Positions 28,388 to 32,000 of a stretch of DNA of 32,000 bases are shown here, piece after piece; within the stretch, counting starts at the first letter, position 1; the number at the start of each line of letters is the position of its first letter. The notes below the pieces were generated by a model. The model did no database searches and was not told the origin of the DNA. It worked only from the letters and a program-made list of their open reading frames with translations. The DNA is taken from NCBI RefSeq assembly GCF_000017305.1, contig NC_009664.2:3210001-3242000 (forward strand). Reading direction: 5' to 3'. Made by a program: the position numbers and the translations under genes. The stretch comes from Kineococcus radiotolerans SRS30216 = ATCC BAA-149. GTDB lineage: Bacteria; Actinomycetota; Actinomycetes; Actinomycetales; Kineococcaceae.

Positions 28388-29014
28388 TCAGGCGGCCAGC
28401 CACAACCAGCGCGACGGGGTCGCCACGGCCTGGACGGGACGGTCGTGCGGCAGCGTCGGCAGGGGGGTGACGGCGGCGTCGAACAGTTCGTCGTCGTGGA
28501 CGACGGCGAGCACCGGGACCCGGGCCGGCACCCGGCCCAGCGCCCGGTCGTAGCTGCCGCCGCCCTGGCCGAGCCGGCGCCCGGCGGTGTCGACGGCGAG
28601 CGCCGGGACGATGACGAGGTCCACCGCGGCGATGGCGTCGGGACCCAGCGGGCCGGGGTGGCGGTCCAGCTCCCAGTCGAGGTCGCCGTCGGGCAGCAGG
28701 ACGGGCAGCAGGACGTCGACCTCGTGGCGCTCCAGCTCGGCCAGCAGCTCGCGGGTGCCCGGTTCCCCGGGGCGCGAGGTGTAGCAGGCGACGCGGTGGA
28801 CGCCGGCCAGCAGGGGGCAGCCGGTGAGGACGCGGGCCACGGCGGTGTCGACGGCCCGGGCGCTGCCCGTGTCGCGGTCGAGGCGGCGGGAACGGATCCC
28901 GCGGCGCAGCCGGTGCTTGCGGGCCTCCACCTCGAGCACGTCCGGGGTGACGGACAGGGTGTCGAGGGCCAGACCGGGGGTGGCGGCGGGGGTGGTGACA
29001 GGTGGGGTGGACAC
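28388..29014 (-). CDS. 5-formyltetrahydrofolate cyclo-ligase
   Basis: The motifs ...VLLPVL..DGDLDW... and VIVPALAVDTAGRRLGQGGGSYDR are characteristic of the MTHFS family. An AGGAG lies 6 nt before GTG 29014. Divergent placement from galU matches M. tuberculosis Rv0992c/galU. Confidence 0.8.
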   Translation of the reverse strand: MSTPPVTTPAATPGLALDTLSVTPDVLEVEARKHRLRRGIRSRRLDRDTGSARAVDTAVARVLTGCPLLAGVHRVACYTSRPGEPGTRELLAELERHEVDVLLPVLLPDGDLDWELDRHPGPLGPDAIAAVDLVIVPALAVDTAGRRLGQGGGSYDRALGRVPARVPVLAVVHDDELFDAAVTPLPTLPHDRPVQAVATPSRWLWLAA

Positions 29015-29102
29015 GGCGGCTCCTGGCTCTGCCGGACGTCCCGCGAGGGGTTGCGCGGTCGTCCTGGGGCCAGTCTGCCCCTTCGGGGCCGGAATGGGAA
29101 TG

Positions 29103-29125
29103 GCTGATCACTCTGCGTGATCAGC
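29103..29125. promoter_or_regulatory. Perfect 9-bp inverted repeat between the divergent cyclo-ligase and galU genes
   Basis: The sequence is gctgatcac-tctgc-gtgatcagc, and each arm contains the palindrome tgatca. It lies 70-92 nt upstream of the galU ATG. Confidence 0.35.
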
Positions 29126-29181
29126 GGTGAGCCCCGCCCCGGCGCCGCCGCTGCACCCGGTGCCCGGCTCGGGACGGGCGG

Positions 29182-29187
29182 TAGCCT
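29182..29187 (+). promoter_or_regulatory. Candidate -10 hexamer (TAGCCT) for a leaderless galU
   Basis: The sequence reads TAGCCT-ccggccc-ATG, a 7-nt spacer with no Shine-Dalgarno sequence. Confidence 0.3.
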
Positions 29188-29194
29188 CCGGCCC

Positions 29195-30127
29195 ATGACT
29201 CAACGCGACGAGCGTCCGGGCCGCACGGTGCGCAAGGCCGTCATCCCCGCCGCCGGCCAGGGCACCCGCTTCCTGCCGGCCACCAAGGCGATGCCCAAGG
29301 AGATGCTGCCGGTGGTCGACACCCCGGCCATCCAGTACATCGTCGAGGAGGCCGTCCGCTCCGGGCTCACCGACGTCCTGATGATCACCGGGCGCAACAA
29401 GCGCCCCCTGGAGGACCACTTCGACCGCAACGTCGAGCTCGAGGTCGGGCTGGAGAAGAAGGGCGACCAGACCAAGCTCGCGCGCGTCCAGGAGTCCACC
29501 GACCTCGCCCAGGTCCACTACGTGCGCCAGGGCGACCCCAAGGGCCTCGGCCACGCCGTGCTGGTCGCGGAGCAGCACGTCGGCGACGAGCCCTTCGTCG
29601 TCCTGCTCGGCGACGACATCGTCGACTCCCGCGACCCCCTGCTGGACGTCATGATCAAGGTCCGGGAGGAGCGCGGCGGCAGCGTCGTCGCGTTCATGGA
29701 GGTCCCCCACGACCAGATCCACCTCTACGGCTGCGCCGTCGCCGAGCCCACCGACGAGACCGACGTCGTCAAGGTCTCCGGCCTCGTGGAGAAGCCGAAG
29801 ACGGAGGAGGCCCCCAGCGACCTCGCCATCATCGGCCGCTACCTGCTCGACCCCGCCGTCTTCGCGGTGCTGCACGAGACCGCGCCCGGCAAGGGCGGGG
29901 AGATCCAGCTCACCGACGCCCTCCAGGTCCTCGCCCAGGGCGACGGTCCCGGCTACGGCGTGCACGGCGTCGTCTTCCGCGGCCGCCGCTACGACACCGG
30001 CGACAAGCTGGACTACATCAAGGCCGTCGTGCGCCTGGCCACCGAGCGCGCCGACATCGGACCGGACCTGCGCGAGTGGCTCGGCGAGTACGTCGCCTCC
30101 GGCGCGGGCGCGAGCACCTCGGCGTGA
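29195..30127 (+). CDS. galU: UTP--glucose-1-phosphate uridylyltransferase
   Basis: KAVIPAAGQGTRFLPATKAMPKEMLPVVDTPAIQYIVEEA is the GalU signature, followed by VRQGDPKGLGHAV and LLGDD. Confidence 0.93.
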   Translation: MTQRDERPGRTVRKAVIPAAGQGTRFLPATKAMPKEMLPVVDTPAIQYIVEEAVRSGLTDVLMITGRNKRPLEDHFDRNVELEVGLEKKGDQTKLARVQESTDLAQVHYVRQGDPKGLGHAVLVAEQHVGDEPFVVLLGDDIVDSRDPLLDVMIKVREERGGSVVAFMEVPHDQIHLYGCAVAEPTDETDVVKVSGLVEKPKTEEAPSDLAIIGRYLLDPAVFAVLHETAPGKGGEIQLTDALQVLAQGDGPGYGVHGVVFRGRRYDTGDKLDYIKAVVRLATERADIGPDLREWLGEYVASGAGASTSA

Positions 30128-30188
30128 CCGGCCGCGGGCGCGGTGGCGCGACGGGCCCGGGGTGCCCCGACGTGACAACCTTCCGGGT

Positions 30189-31451
30189 GTGAGCGTCGAG
30201 ACCCTGACCACCGTCGCGGCCCACCGCCAGGCCTGCCTGGACCTGGTGCGCCCGCTGCCGCCGCTGGACCTGGCGCTGCGCGACGCCCTCGGCTGCGTGC
30301 TGGCCGAGGACGTCGTCAGCCCCCGGGCCCTGCCCGCCTTCGACAACTCCGGCATGGACGGCTACGCCGTGCGGCTGCGCGACGTCGAGGGCGCCGGCGA
30401 GGACGCCCCGGTGGGGCTGCCGGTCGTCTCCGACATCGCCGCCGGGCGGGCCGACGCGGTGCGCCTCACCGGCGGGACGACGGCCCGGATCATGACCGGG
30501 GCGCCCGTCCCGGCCGGTGCCGAGGCCGTCGTGCCCGTGGAATGGACCGACCGCGGCGTGTCCCACGTGCTCATCCGGCGCGTCCCCTCCCCGGGGCAGC
30601 ACATCCGCCGCGCGGGCGAGGACGTCGACGCGGGGACCCTCGTCCTCGAAGCCGGCACGCGGCTGGCCCCCCGCCACATCGGGGTCCTCGCCGCCCTGGG
30701 CCGGGCCCGCGTGCGGGTCCGCCCGCGCCCGCGCGTCGTCGTCGTCTCCACCGGCACCGAGGTCGTCGAACCCGGTGCCGCGCTCGCCCGGGGGCAGCTG
30801 CACGACGCCAACGGCTACCTGCTGACCGCGGCCGCGGAGGAGGTCGGGGCCCTGGCCTACCGGGTGGGCGTCGTCGCCGACGACGCCCGCGAGCTCGCGG
30901 CCGTCCTCGACGACCAGCTCGTGCGCGCCGACGTCGTCCTCACCTCCGGCGGGGTCAGCGAAGGCGCCTACGACACCGTCAAGGAGGTCCTCTCCGGACC
31001 CGGCGCCCACGCCGTGCGCTTCGACCGCGTCGCGGTGCAGCCGGGGATGCCGCAGGGGTGCGGGACGCTGGGGGAGGCCGGGGTCCCCGTCTTCACCCTG
31101 CCCGGCAACCCCGTGAGCGCGTTCGTCTCCTTCGAGGTGTTCGTCCGGCCCGCGCTGCGCCGCATGCTGGGCGCGGAGGGCCCCGACCCCGAGCGCCCGC
31201 GCGTGCGGGCCCTGGCCGGGGCCGCGTGGACCTCCCCGCCCGCCAAGGAGCAGTACGTGCGCGCGGCCTGGACCCGCGACGCGCAGGGCCGGCTGGTGGT
31301 GGAACCGGTGTCCGGGCACGGGTCGCACCTGGTGACCGGGCTGGCGCGGGCGACGTGCCTGGTGGTCGTGCCGGTCGGGGTCGCCGCGGTGGAACCCGGC
31401 GACGAGGTCGAGTGCGTCCTGCTCGGGCCGCTGCCGGTGGAGGACCTGTGA
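30189..31451 (+). CDS. moeA: Molybdopterin molybdotransferase
   Basis: Characteristic motifs are LPAFDNSGMDGYAVR, ARIMTGAPVPAGAEAVVPVE, DVVLTSGGVSEGAYD and VQPGMPQGCG..GVPVFTLPGNPVSA. The start is GTG 30189 or GTG 30162 and cannot be resolved by eye. Confidence 0.9.
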   Translation: MSVETLTTVAAHRQACLDLVRPLPPLDLALRDALGCVLAEDVVSPRALPAFDNSGMDGYAVRLRDVEGAGEDAPVGLPVVSDIAAGRADAVRLTGGTTARIMTGAPVPAGAEAVVPVEWTDRGVSHVLIRRVPSPGQHIRRAGEDVDAGTLVLEAGTRLAPRHIGVLAALGRARVRVRPRPRVVVVSTGTEVVEPGAALARGQLHDANGYLLTAAAEEVGALAYRVGVVADDARELAAVLDDQLVRADVVLTSGGVSEGAYDTVKEVLSGPGAHAVRFDRVAVQPGMPQGCGTLGEAGVPVFTLPGNPVSAFVSFEVFVRPALRRMLGAEGPDPERPRVRALAGAAWTSPPAKEQYVRAAWTRDAQGRLVVEPVSGHGSHLVTGLARATCLVVVPVGVAAVEPGDEVECVLLGPLPVEDL

Positions 31452-31924
31452 GCGAGCGCCTGACCCACCTCGACGCCGCCGGGCACGCGCGGATGGTCGA
31501 CGTCTCGGCGAAGCCGGTGACCGCGCGCGAGGCCCGCGCCGAGGGGTACGTGCGCTGCTCGCGGGCCGTGCTCGACCTCGTGGCCGAGGGCGGGCTGCCC
31601 AAGGGCGACGCCCTCGCCGTGGCGCGGATCGCCGGTCTGCAGGCGGCCAAGCGCACCCCGGACCTGATCCCGCTGGCCCACCCCGTCGCCGTGCACGCCG
31701 TGGAGGTCGACGTCGTCCCCGTCGAGGACGGGGTGCGCATCACCGCCGCCGTCCGCACCGCGGACCGCACGGGCATCGAGATGGAGGCGTTGACCTGCGT
31801 CGTGGTGGCGGGGCTGACGTTCGTGGACATGGTCAAGGCCGTCGACCGGCGCACCGTCCTCGACGGGGTGCGGGTGACCGCCAAGAGCGGGGGACGGTCG
31901 GGGGACTGGAGCGTCGATGAGTGA
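31448..31924 (+). CDS. moaC: Cyclic pyranopterin monophosphate synthase
   Basis: Characteristic motifs are LTHLDAAGHARMVDVSAKPVT.REA, AKRTPDLIPLAHP and GIEMEALTCVVVAGLTFVDMVKA. The GTG overlaps the moeA stop (GTGA). Confidence 0.92.
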   Translation: MSERLTHLDAAGHARMVDVSAKPVTAREARAEGYVRCSRAVLDLVAEGGLPKGDALAVARIAGLQAAKRTPDLIPLAHPVAVHAVEVDVVPVEDGVRITAAVRTADRTGIEMEALTCVVVAGLTFVDMVKAVDRRTVLDGVRVTAKSGGRSGDWSVDE

Positions 31925-32000
31925 ACCCACCGCCCTCGTGGTGACGGTGTCCAACCGCGCCTCGGCCGGGGTGTACGCCGACACCTCCGGGCCGATCGTG
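31917..32000 (+). CDS. mog: Mog/MoaB-family molybdopterin adenylyltransferase, 5' fragment (continues beyond the window)
   Basis: MSEPTALVVTVSNRASAGVYADTSGPIV matches the Mog N-terminus (ISDRASSGVYQD in E. coli). The ATG overlaps the end of moaC by 8 nt. Confidence 0.7.
   Translation, partial: MSEPTALVVTVSNRASAGVYADTSGPIV

Overview
This is a very high-GC window (about 73-75% by eye, with third codon positions almost saturated in G/C), typical of an Actinomycetota chromosome. All calls rest on reading the six-frame track, codon-position bias and motifs I recognise; no homology search was run.

Gene content, left to right:
- the 3' end of an M6/InhA-like protease
- a sodium:solute symporter with a small membrane partner
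- a minus-strand string: a YclNOPQ-type siderophore ABC importer (substrate-binding protein, two permeases, ATPase) behind a good IdeR/DtxR iron box, then a lipase-like alpha/beta hydrolase and an 864-aa degenerate helicase-like protein carrying a 15-unit 12-bp tandem repeat ((EPVV)n)
- tRNA-Arg(CCT)
- a small hypothetical gene
- an NAD(P)HX dehydratase and a histidine phosphatase
- a plus-strand string: a HAMP/PP2C sensor phosphatase, a 1274-aa DUF4011/Upf1-like helicase scaffold with a restriction-endonuclease-like domain whose ATP-site residues are replaced, a 57-aa ORF absent from the ORF track and coupled by a GTGA overlap, and a membrane GGDEF-EAL protein
- a conserved actinobacterial block: SAF protein, Ruc-like zinc-ribbon protein, 5-formyl-THF cyclo-ligase, galU, moeA, moaC and mog. 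It is interrupted by a secreted phosphodiester glycosidase fusion, a K+/H+ antiporter and an FAD oxidoreductase.

The most unusual content is the pair of paralogous, apparently ATPase-dead helicase/nuclease-like proteins, with their repeats and the coupled micro-ORF. Seven genes show a TANNNT hexamer 5-7 nt upstream of the start codon, which suggests leaderless transcription. The many long antisense ORFs, including one of 2209 aa, are high-GC artefacts. No CRISPR array, transposase or integrase was seen.
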